From the IMG/VR virus record IMGVR_UViG_3300045988_158152: DNA of 16,581 bases. One strand, 5' to 3'. Made by a program: the position numbers and the translations under genes. Every line of letters begins with the position of its first letter. Position 1 is the first letter of the stretch. Positions 1 to 6,143 of the stretch are shown one piece after another. This stretch comes from a virus. Below the pieces are notes generated by a model that worked only from the letters and a program-made list of their open reading frames with translations, had not been told where the DNA came from and made no database searches.

Positions 1-145
1 GGGGGTCGCGGCCCCAAAACATGCACTTTGGAAAACCAAAATCCCCGTCCTCCATCGAAAAATAAAGCTTGCATTTTCCAGCACACTATGCTATAATGAT
101 TATAGTAACAAATATATAGTGACTCAGAAAGAGAGGGAAATGATG
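1..145. repeat. Left inverted terminal repeat (ITR-L), 145 bp
   Basis: Positions 1..145 are the exact reverse complement of 16437..16581. The match breaks at 146 (t, versus a in the mirrored position). The repeat starts with GGGGGTCGCGGCCCC, a GC clamp in an otherwise AT-rich genome. Confidence 0.95.
69..97 (+). promoter_or_regulatory. Sigma-A/sigma-70-type promoter inside ITR-L (TTGCAT-17 nt-TATAAT with TGn extended -10)
   Basis: TTGCAT at 69..74, 17-nt spacer, TGC at 89..91, TATAAT at 92..97. It faces inward towards the first ORF. Confidence 0.75.
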
Positions 146-253
146 TTCAGTAAATATGGAGAGTTTAAAGGATATGATTGGGACAAACGCCTGTATGCAT
201 CAAGGTATTGTTTTAAAGAAAATCAAGTAATCTTTAGAGGGAGGGTATTATAA
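140..253 (+). CDS. Small early protein, 37 aa (MMFSKYGEFKGYDWDKRLYASRYCFKENQVIFRGRVL), unknown function
   Basis: Hand-translated; it is below the ORF-track size cutoff. GAGAGGGAA SD and the ATGATG start (140/143) lie inside the ITR. The TAA stop at 251..253 overlaps the next ATG (taATG), which suggests translational coupling. Which of the two ATGs is used is unclear; SD spacing favours 143. Confidence 0.55.
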   Translation: MMFSKYGEFKGYDWDKRLYASRYCFKENQVIFRGRVL

Positions 254-504
254 TGAATCACGAACAACTGGTATTAAAAGCGGTTCTAGTTTCAAGACGT
301 TACAACAAACAACTTAATAAGGAAGCTTTACTCAAAACGTATTCTAAGGTTCCTGATTCTCTTCTTAAAGCCTGTATGGAAGAAGAAATTCTTATCCATG
401 CAGAAGAGCCTGAATTCATTCCCGACGAGCCAGAAGAAGAATATGAACCCGAACCAGCGTACTATGAATACGAATACTATAACGACTATCTTTGGAACAT
501 GTAA
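253..504 (+). CDS. Early protein, 83 aa, basic helical N-terminus and hyper-acidic, Tyr-rich C-terminal tail; unknown function
   Basis: ORF track. GGAGGG SD at 240..245, 7 nt before the ATG. The tail EEPEFIPDEPEEEYEPEPAYYEYEYYNDYLW has about 16 D/E and 7 Y in the last 41 residues. Confidence 0.75.
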   Translation: MNHEQLVLKAVLVSRRYNKQLNKEALLKTYSKVPDSLLKACMEEEILIHAEEPEFIPDEPEEEYEPEPAYYEYEYYNDYLWNM

Positions 505-517
505 AGGAGGAAACAAA

Positions 518-838
518 ATGAACTTGATTGCAATTCAATACATCATGGAACAGTTAATAGAACAAACTTGCTCAGATAATCTCAGACTCTATCGCAATGA
601 TAGAGTCTGCTGTATTGAAACAGATGATGGCGAAACATTTTTGGCATATATAAATGAGTTTGGATGTATAACTTTAAATTCGCATTTCACAGGTTCAAGG
701 GTTATTAATGGTGTTACTAGCACATCAAAAGTATACATTTCATTGAGCACATTTGAAACTGCATTGGAATACAACATGATGCATTATTTTCCAGACTATA
801 TCGAACGTCTTGAAAATGTAGCATTATGGGTGGATTAA
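518..838 (+). CDS. Early hypothetical protein, 106 aa
   Basis: Internal ATG of the 398..838 ORF, preceded by AAAGGAGGAAA (503..513). The upstream extension overlaps the previous gene and has no SD. Confidence 0.7.
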   Translation: MNLIAIQYIMEQLIEQTCSDNLRLYRNDRVCCIETDDGETFLAYINEFGCITLNSHFTGSRVINGVTSTSKVYISLSTFETALEYNMMHYFPDYIERLENVALWVD

Positions 839-840
839 AT

Positions 841-1146
841 ATGGCAAATATAAATTTTCAGATTGAGGAATTCTTTAGAAGAGATATCTACAAGTTCTTA
901 GAGTTGATACCAGCAAGACACTATGAAGTTTCTGTTATGCCAATTCCCGAAACAGGAGAAACAAGCATTTCCTTAATCTTTTATGGAGGGCATTTGATAC
1001 AGGAAGAAGCTTACAGACTTAGGATATCTTATGCAGATATTATTGGAGTGATAAAACCCGACGGTTACTTAGACGTAATGTATCTACAATATCTACTTGA
1101 TACTTTCTTAACCATGGCAAAAGAATATAGGAGGAATCTAAAATGA
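841..1146 (+). CDS. Early hypothetical protein, 101 aa
   Basis: ORF 826..1146. ATG 841 follows a GGTGG SD-like motif and lies just after the stop of the preceding gene (836..838). ATG 826 has no SD. Confidence 0.65.
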   Translation: MANINFQIEEFFRRDIYKFLELIPARHYEVSVMPIPETGETSISLIFYGGHLIQEEAYRLRISYADIIGVIKPDGYLDVMYLQYLLDTFLTMAKEYRRNLK

Positions 1147-1253
1147 TTGAAATTATCATAATCGCTTTAACTGCAATAATATCTCTCGCAGTATACCTAA
1201 TCGGTTGCTCCATAACCGCACAAGTTATCAAGCACATAAAAGACAATTTTTAA
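1143..1253 (+). CDS. Small hydrophobic (single-pass membrane) peptide, 36 aa (MIEIIIIALTAIISLAVYLIGCSITAQVIKHIKDNF)
   Basis: Hand-translated and not in the ORF track. AGGAGG at 1128..1133. The ATG overlaps the upstream stop (ATGA). A strong terminator follows directly. Confidence 0.55.
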   Translation: MIEIIIIALTAIISLAVYLIGCSITAQVIKHIKDNF

Positions 1254-1263
1254 GTCAACTGTT

Positions 1264-1303
1264 ACACCTGTTCTATACATTATAGAACAGGTGTATTTTA
1301 TTT
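1264..1303 (+). terminator. Rho-independent terminator ending the left early operon
   Basis: Perfect 14-bp stem, acacctgttctata (1264..1277) paired with tatagaacaggtgt (1281..1294), with a 3-nt loop, followed by ATTTTATTT. Confidence 0.8.
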
Positions 1304-1329
1304 ACAAACGTCCTGAAATATGATATAAT
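1301..1329 (+). promoter_or_regulatory. Sigma-A-type promoter for the replication operon (TTTACA-17 nt-TGaTATAAT)
   Basis: TTTACA at 1301..1306, 17-nt spacer, TGA at 1321..1323, TATAAT at 1324..1329. It lies 29 nt upstream of the ATG at 1358. Confidence 0.7.
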
Positions 1330-1357
1330 AGAGTATAGCGACAAAGGAGGTGAACAA

Positions 1358-1570
1358 ATGAAAAAGAAGATTGTGATACTAGGATTTACGCGACAGGAAT
1401 ACGCAATAATTATGTTGGCATTAAGAAATGTGTTAACAAGTGTAAACAGTGACCAGCAAGATGTAGCACTATCTTTAATAGACCGCATGTATTCTAAAAT
1501 CGATTGTCTTGTAGATGCCGAAGAATTTTATAAGGAGAGTAAGCCATGCCAAAAAGAAGAAAACGATTAA
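1358..1570 (+). CDS. Hypothetical protein, 70 aa, first gene of the replication operon
   Basis: ORF track. AAAGGAGGTGA SD 6 nt upstream. No motif recognised. Confidence 0.7.
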   Translation: MKKKIVILGFTRQEYAIIMLALRNVLTSVNSDQQDVALSLIDRMYSKIDCLVDAEEFYKESKPCQKEEND

Positions 1571-2190
1571 CAGCAGTAGAAAAAGAATACCGTAGAATAC
1601 GTAAAAATTTGCAGTCTTGGGTACGTGCAGAAAACCGTCGTGGTTTTATCTATGACACAGAAAAGCTTATTCCAAAGATTCCGAAAAAAATTACTCGTGG
1701 TTCCATAAACCGTCTTAAAAAACTGACACCAGAAAAACGTCGCTCTTACGCAACTGCATATGTTGATTTTAACACAGGTGAAATATTTACGCCAAAAGAA
1801 GGACGCAAACGATACAGGCAAGACCGTAAGCTGTATCAGGAAACAGGAAATATGGACGTGTTTGCTACAGCACCAGACATTTCCAGTGTTATACTAGAAA
1901 ATTTTTATGACCTCATTTCGTCCTATGTTTTTGGACGTTGGGACAGGCGTGTTACAGACAGACGTGATATGGCGAAAAGTTGGATAGACAGAATCGTAAA
2001 TACTTACGGTGCAGATGCGGCGGCACAGATGCTAGAAGAAGGAAAGCGTAAAGGTAATTGGCTATCCGCCAAAGAAGCATATGATGCAATTAGACTACAA
2101 GCATCACTTAACGAAATGCTAACATATTTGAAAGTACCAGAAAACGAAAAAAGGTCATTCATGGAAAACGAATTTTATGACGAGGAATAG
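1546..2190 (+). CDS. Putative terminal protein (protein primer), 214 aa
   Basis: Immediately upstream of the protein-primed DNA polymerase, as in phi29 (gene 3 then gene 2). Very basic N-terminus (MPKRRKRLTAVEKEYRRIRK), acidic C-terminal end, AAGGAG SD. The assignment rests on position, size and charge pattern only. Confidence 0.6.
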   Translation: MPKRRKRLTAVEKEYRRIRKNLQSWVRAENRRGFIYDTEKLIPKIPKKITRGSINRLKKLTPEKRRSYATAYVDFNTGEIFTPKEGRKRYRQDRKLYQETGNMDVFATAPDISSVILENFYDLISSYVFGRWDRRVTDRRDMAKSWIDRIVNTYGADAAAQMLEEGKRKGNWLSAKEAYDAIRLQASLNEMLTYLKVPENEKRSFMENEFYDEE

Positions 2191-2202
2191 GACGGTATAA
2201 TC

Positions 2203-4080
2203 ATGCGAATATTTTCGTGCGACTTTGAGACAACTGTAGATGATGATACAAAACAACAAACGAGTACGGAAGTATGGAGTGCGGCTATTGCAGAACTGTA
2301 TTCAGATTTTGTTACAGTGTATAATAATATTCATGATTTCATTAAGTTCTTTCATAATCTTTGTGAAGAAAAAGTGATTGCATATTTTCATAATGTAAAA
2401 TTCGACGGTAATTTTCTGCTCAATACTCTCATGGAAAATGGGTATAAATTCCATCATCGCGAGAAGCCATACGAAAAGCTTTATAAGGGGGAATTCGACG
2501 CAATCATTTCAGGACAGAATCGCTGGTATTCCATTACTGTCTGCACAGGACGGACATTAATAGAAATACGAGATAGTGCAAAACTTATGCCAATGACGCT
2601 AGCACGAATGGGAAAAGCGTTTAATACTAAACATCGTAAACTTGAAATGGAGTATAAAGGAGAACGTCATGCTGGCGGTTTAATAAAACCCGAAGAAATG
2701 CAGTACATAATAAATGATGTTTTGGTACTTAAAGAAGCTCTTGAATTTATGCTAGATTCTGGCAACACTCGTTTAACGATAGGAAGTAATTGTATAGCTG
2801 AATATAAGAAGTGTTTTGATAAAGAGCAATGGAACGCAATGTATCCAGACCTTAAAGCAATTACACTTGACGAACAAGCTTACAAATATCCGAATGCAGA
2901 CGCATATATACGTCGCTCTTATCGTGGAGGTTGGTGTTATTGCAATCCAAAATATATGAATAAATGGATAGACGCAGATGGTATGACGTATGATGTAAAT
3001 AGTCTTTACCCATCTGTTATGCATTCCAAAAGCGGTAACATTTATCCAGTAGGTAAGCCTACATTTTGGACAGGCAACAAAATACCCGAAGAAGCTTTGC
3101 AAGAGAATAGAGTATTTTTTGTAAGACTGAAAGCGCGGTTTACAATAAAGCCTAACCACTTGCCTACAATGCAGATTAAAGATAGTCTTATGTATAAGTC
3201 CACAGAATGGCTAACCTCTTCGGACGTTCAGTTTGGCGGTAAAAAATACGCGTATTATTACGATGCAGATGGTATACTGCAATTGGCATACGCAGAATTT
3301 ACGTTAACAAGTCTTGATTATAAACTGTTTTTGGAACATTACGATATACATGAAATTGAGATTTTAAGTGGATGTTATTTTAATGCAGTTTCTGGATTAT
3401 TTGACGAGTACATAGATAAATATATGGCAATGAAAATGAACTCCGAAGGAGGTGCACGAGAAGAAGCAAAGCTTTTCCTAAACAATTGTTATGGCAAACT
3501 TGCAACAAACGATGATAGCAGTTATCAGGAACCATATTTAGACGAGGACGGATTGCTCAGATTTATTTTGCATGAAGAGCACAATAAGAAAACGCTTTCC
3601 ATAGCACAGGGAAGTTTTGTAACATCCTATGCGCGCTACTTTACAATCACACATGCACAGGCTAACTACGATAACTTTATTTATGCCGACACAGACAGCT
3701 TGCACATGTTTAAATGTGAACCAAACAAAATTGTAGAACATTCCTCAAAATTGCTGTGCTGGAAGTTAGAATCTGAATGGAGCCGTGCAAAATTCATACG
3801 CCAGAAAACATACTGTGAATTTATCCGAAAGGAAAACCATAAAAAAGTAACACCTCACTGGGAAATTAAGTGCGCTGGAATGCAAGACCGCACCAAACAG
3901 TATTTGCTTGCCACCAGACCTATTTCATGTTTTGATTATGGATTAACGTTAAATAGTCAATTAAAGCAGAAGCAAGTGAAGGGAGGGATTCTTTTGGTAG
4001 ACGCTGATTTTACTCTTTACAAGCAAAAAGCGTACAAGCCGCCTAAATCTTTTGGTAAAGTGCTTGACAAAATACAGTAA
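2203..4080 (+). CDS. Protein-primed family-B DNA polymerase (phi29 gp2-like), 625 aa
   Basis: Exonuclease motifs: ExoI (CDFETT), ExoII (HNVKFDGNFLL) and ExoIII (YIINDV). Polymerase motifs: A (YDVNSLYPS), B (KLFLNNCYGKL), C (YADTDSLH) and KxY (RQKTYCE). All closely match the phi29 polymerase motifs. Confidence 0.95.
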   Translation: MRIFSCDFETTVDDDTKQQTSTEVWSAAIAELYSDFVTVYNNIHDFIKFFHNLCEEKVIAYFHNVKFDGNFLLNTLMENGYKFHHREKPYEKLYKGEFDAIISGQNRWYSITVCTGRTLIEIRDSAKLMPMTLARMGKAFNTKHRKLEMEYKGERHAGGLIKPEEMQYIINDVLVLKEALEFMLDSGNTRLTIGSNCIAEYKKCFDKEQWNAMYPDLKAITLDEQAYKYPNADAYIRRSYRGGWCYCNPKYMNKWIDADGMTYDVNSLYPSVMHSKSGNIYPVGKPTFWTGNKIPEEALQENRVFFVRLKARFTIKPNHLPTMQIKDSLMYKSTEWLTSSDVQFGGKKYAYYYDADGILQLAYAEFTLTSLDYKLFLEHYDIHEIEILSGCYFNAVSGLFDEYIDKYMAMKMNSEGGAREEAKLFLNNCYGKLATNDDSSYQEPYLDEDGLLRFILHEEHNKKTLSIAQGSFVTSYARYFTITHAQANYDNFIYADTDSLHMFKCEPNKIVEHSSKLLCWKLESEWSRAKFIRQKTYCEFIRKENHKKVTPHWEIKCAGMQDRTKQYLLATRPISCFDYGLTLNSQLKQKQVKGGILLVDADFTLYKQKAYKPPKSFGKVLDKIQ

Positions 4081-4093
4081 AACATGGTATAAT
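4064..4093 (+). promoter_or_regulatory. Sigma-A-type promoter inside the 3' end of the polymerase gene (TTGACA-18 nt-TGgTATAAT)
   Basis: TTGACA at 4064..4069, 18-nt spacer, TGG at 4085..4087, TATAAT at 4088..4093. It lies upstream of the 4156 gene. Confidence 0.65.
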
Positions 4094-4155
4094 GAATTGT
4101 AACAAGTTAATAGACCAAAACGAAACAATAGGCACATGAAAGGAGAGGTGAGAAT

Positions 4156-4458
4156 ATGAGAGGTCATATCACCAGAACATTCAAAATTACCGAAGCTACA
4201 ATCGCGTATTTTGATACGCAGTCAGGACAGGTTGTAACCCTTCCTGAAAAAATCACAGGAAAGAAACTTGGGGATACAAAGAAAATCCTCAAAGAAGCAA
4301 CAGCAAAGTGGCCTGAGCATGAAGGCAAGCTTATCTGTCTTGGAACAGCAACAGTAGAAGAGACAAGAGCCATGTGCGAAGAAGATTTTATTAAGAATTC
4401 TTTTGTTGTACCGGATGGAGACGCAGAAATTAAAGAAGCCTTCGGCGTAACTGAATAA
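4156..4458 (+). CDS. Putative phi29 p6-like double-stranded DNA-binding (histone-like) protein, 100 aa
   Basis: AAAGGAGAGGTGA SD. Size is 100 aa versus about 104 aa for p6, with an acidic C-terminus. The residue pattern (ITRTF..A......G.V..LP......) resembles my recollection of phi29 p6. It sits next to the SSB-like gene. Similarity is weak and recalled from memory. Confidence 0.4.
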   Translation: MRGHITRTFKITEATIAYFDTQSGQVVTLPEKITGKKLGDTKKILKEATAKWPEHEGKLICLGTATVEETRAMCEEDFIKNSFVVPDGDAEIKEAFGVTE

Positions 4459-4505
4459 CCAGTTTACTATGTTAATGAATATGACAAATAAGGAGAGAAA
4501 AGAAA

Positions 4506-4853
4506 ATGAGAGATTTAATTAACACCACAACCGACAAAATGATGCTTTACAACGCTCGTACTGTAAACGGTAAACAGATGCAAGACTTTGTGGGCGATGA
4601 GTTTTTCGTAACTGATATCGTTCAGTACGAAACCGAGAGAAAGAACACAAAGGAGCCGGAATTGGGAATATGCACCGTACTGTTTACGGAAGAAGGAGAA
4701 ATGTATACAACAATGTCCCCTACGGTAAACGATTGTGTTCAGAATCTGGTTGAAATTTTTGGTGTACCTAGTGCAGAACATCCTATCAAGGTGCAGATTG
4801 CATCCGGGACTTCCAAAAGCGATAGAGAGTTTTTACAGCTTAAGGCAATCTAA
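4506..4853 (+). CDS. phi29 p5-like single-stranded DNA-binding protein, 115 aa
   Basis: Blocks LYNARTVNGK, IVQYE, TVLFTEEGEMYTTMSPTVNDCVQNLVEIF and KVQIASGTSKSDREFLQLKA parallel the recalled phi29 p5 blocks IFNAQTGGGQ, IAQYK, TTIFAADGSLYSAISKTVAEAASDLIDLV and KVKVVQGTSSKGNVFFSLQL. AAGGAGAG SD. Confidence 0.65.
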   Translation: MRDLINTTTDKMMLYNARTVNGKQMQDFVGDEFFVTDIVQYETERKNTKEPELGICTVLFTEEGEMYTTMSPTVNDCVQNLVEIFGVPSAEHPIKVQIASGTSKSDREFLQLKAI

Positions 4854-4882
4854 AACACATTTTTATATATCTGCAAATTATG

Positions 4883-4910
4883 AGGGGCGCGAAAGCGTCC
4901 CTTATTTAAT
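4883..4910 (+). terminator. Hairpin, a possible weak terminator or RNA stabiliser after the SSB gene
   Basis: AGGGGCGC (4883..4890), GAAA tetraloop, GCGTCCCT (4895..4902), giving 8 bp including one G-U pair. It is followed by TATTTAAT, an interrupted U-tract. Confidence 0.45.
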
Positions 4911-4924
4911 ATAAGGAGGTACTC

Positions 4925-5980
4925 ATGAGTAAGTACTACGACATATCGCGTTTGTTGAGTAAAAAAGATTTAAACGGTAAAACTCCAGAATTATTTATTG
5001 TAACAGGAAATCGTACAGCCGGAAAAACATTTTCAGCAAAGCGTACAATTTTTGATGATTTTTTAAAAGATAATAAGCGTAAATTTATGCTACAATATAG
5101 ATACAACTATGAGTTGTCTGACTGTGAGAACTCATTTTTTAGTGACATTGCGCAGCTTTACCCTTCTGACTTTGAAATGCACGCAAAGTCTGAAATGAGG
5201 GGCGCTTACAAAGTTTTGTATTTGAACGACACCGAATGCGGCTTTGCTACATTCCTTAATAATGCGGACACAATAAAGAAGGTTTCCTCACGCTTTATAG
5301 AAGTGGAAAACAGATTCATGGACGAGTTCCAGTCTGAGACTGAGCATTATTGCGAGAATGAGATTTCTAAATTTATAAGCATTCAGAATTCCATTGCCAG
5401 AGGGTTTGGTAAACAGACTAGATATGTGCGTAATATTTTATGCGGAAATAACGTTTCCATCTTGAATCCTTATTACAAGGCTTTGGGAATTCAGAAGCGT
5501 TTGGAATCTGACACAAAATTTCTGCGCGGTGATGGTTGGGTGCTGGAAGTAACGGAGAATCAGGCCGCAAAAGAAGCCCTACTTTCCAGTGGTTTCAACC
5601 GCGCTTTTAGTGAATCAAATTACGTACAATTTGCATCGTCAAATAAATACATGCTTGACACCTATTCGTTTGTTCGCAAATTGGAAACCAAAGATAAATA
5701 TTACTACTGCACAATAACTATAAACGACGGTGTTTTAGGAACCGCAGAAAACATAGGGGTTTGGATAAATAAGGACTGTCTTTATTTTTCCAGTAAAGCG
5801 AACGAAAAATTTAAACTAAAATTTGCGTTTGACGCGAACTCGCATTTTGAGGACACCTATTTACTATCCCAGCTTTCCGATACAGCTATGTCATTTAAGC
5901 GTTATTATAATTCCGGAAAAGCGTGGTTTGAAAATGTGGATATCAAAAAAGAAATGCTTGACATATTGTCATATTTATGA
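4925..5980 (+). CDS. DNA encapsidation (packaging) ATPase, phi29 gp16-like, 351 aa
   Basis: Walker A in FIVTGNRTAGKTFSAK (compare phi29 FVIGARGIGKSYAMK). Walker B in RFMDEFQSE (compare IVFDEFIRE). Also FMLQYRYNYEL and FSDIAQLYP versus phi29 FIYVRRYKPEL and FNDVAQEFP. AAGGAGG SD. Confidence 0.9.
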   Translation: MSKYYDISRLLSKKDLNGKTPELFIVTGNRTAGKTFSAKRTIFDDFLKDNKRKFMLQYRYNYELSDCENSFFSDIAQLYPSDFEMHAKSEMRGAYKVLYLNDTECGFATFLNNADTIKKVSSRFIEVENRFMDEFQSETEHYCENEISKFISIQNSIARGFGKQTRYVRNILCGNNVSILNPYYKALGIQKRLESDTKFLRGDGWVLEVTENQAAKEALLSSGFNRAFSESNYVQFASSNKYMLDTYSFVRKLETKDKYYYCTITINDGVLGTAENIGVWINKDCLYFSSKANEKFKLKFAFDANSHFEDTYLLSQLSDTAMSFKRYYNSGKAWFENVDIKKEMLDILSYL

Positions 5981-5986
5981 TACACT
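5958..5986 (+). promoter_or_regulatory. Sigma-A-type promoter inside the 3' end of the ATPase gene (TTGACA-17 nt-TGaTACACT)
   Basis: Perfect TTGACA at 5958..5963, 17-nt spacer, TGA at 5978..5980, TACACT at 5981..5986. The predicted start is near G5993/A5994, the first base of the long helix described in the next feature. Confidence 0.55.
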
Positions 5987-5992
5987 TATATT

Positions 5993-6100
5993 GAGTAGGA
6001 GTGTTTAAATTTTGGTAGACTGCTGAGGGAAAGCGGTAATACGCTGGCAGTCCCATACCGGCTTGCAATCCCGCATTTCGATTTTTAGACGCTCCTATTT
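5993..6100 (+). ncRNA. Structured non-coding RNA; candidate phi29-type packaging RNA (pRNA), or alternatively a structured late-mRNA leader
   Basis: The 163-nt gap has no credible ORF. A 17-bp end-closing helix pairs 5993..6009 with 6084..6100 (14 contiguous pairs with 2 G-U, plus 3 outer pairs). A UUUU junction follows. A long hairpin spans 6014..6059: GGUA/UACC, GACUGC/GCAGUC, AGCG/CGCU, with an 8-nt bulge UGAGGGAA and loop GUAAUA. A small hairpin UGC/GCA has loop AAUCCC. The bulge GGGA (6027..6030) is complementary to the loop UCCC (6069..6072). Confidence 0.4.
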
Positions 6101-6143
6101 CTTTAAATGTGGGATTGACGAAATAAGGGAAGGAGAAAGACGC

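Noticed and set aside
1-15. The terminal G5...C4 run as a sequencing artefact, such as two-colour-chemistry poly-G or adapter remnant.
   Set aside because: This is not fully excluded. However, the run is only 5 nt, is embedded in a specific non-homopolymeric GC-rich 15-mer, and is reproduced exactly at both ends as part of a 145-bp perfect ITR. It is kept as a finding with this caveat.
398-517. N-terminal extension of the 518..838 gene (ORF-track start at 398).
   Set aside because: It overlaps the acidic-tail gene in another frame, has no SD and gives an Asn/Thr-rich low-complexity translation. A perfect AAAGGAGG precedes the ATG at 518.
2173-2201. TATAAT at 2196..2201, just upstream of the polymerase ATG, as a promoter.
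   Set aside because: The -35 candidate (TTTTAT) is poor. The -10 ends 1 nt before the start codon, so it could not serve the polymerase gene. The polymerase is most simply co-transcribed with the terminal protein gene.
2773-3159. 128-aa minus-strand ORF inside the DNA polymerase gene. Similar antisense ORFs occur at 328..516, 589..777, 1040..1246, 1273..1488, 1567..1821, 3538..3741, 3961..4167, 4164..4373, 4515..4781, 6473..6811, 6574..6756, 6860..7147, 7151..7417, 7478..7777, 9990..10271, 11113..11319, 12080..12277, 13709..13894 and 14437..14619.
   Set aside because: All lie antisense to genes with strong homology or strong SD signals. They have no SD of their own and show low-complexity, Cys/Phe/Arg-rich shadow-ORF composition.
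5823-6008. 61-aa plus-strand ORF overlapping the 3' end of the ATPase gene.
   Set aside because: It is out of frame within a well-supported gene, has no SD and has an Arg/Ile/Leu-rich composition typical of an alternative-frame artefact.
6010-6083. Possible tRNA or tRNA-like element (GGTAGA D-loop-like and TTGCAATCC T-loop-like strings).
   Set aside because: No 7-bp acceptor stem can be drawn. The anticodon-like arm has a 4-bp stem with a 6-nt loop. No complement for a T-stem (GCGGG/CCCGC) is present. The fold fits a three-way-junction RNA better.
6063-6143. TTG-initiated 27-aa extension of the scaffold ORF.
   Set aside because: It has no SD and lies inside the structured non-coding region. 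The ATG at 6144 has GGGAAGGAG at the correct spacing.
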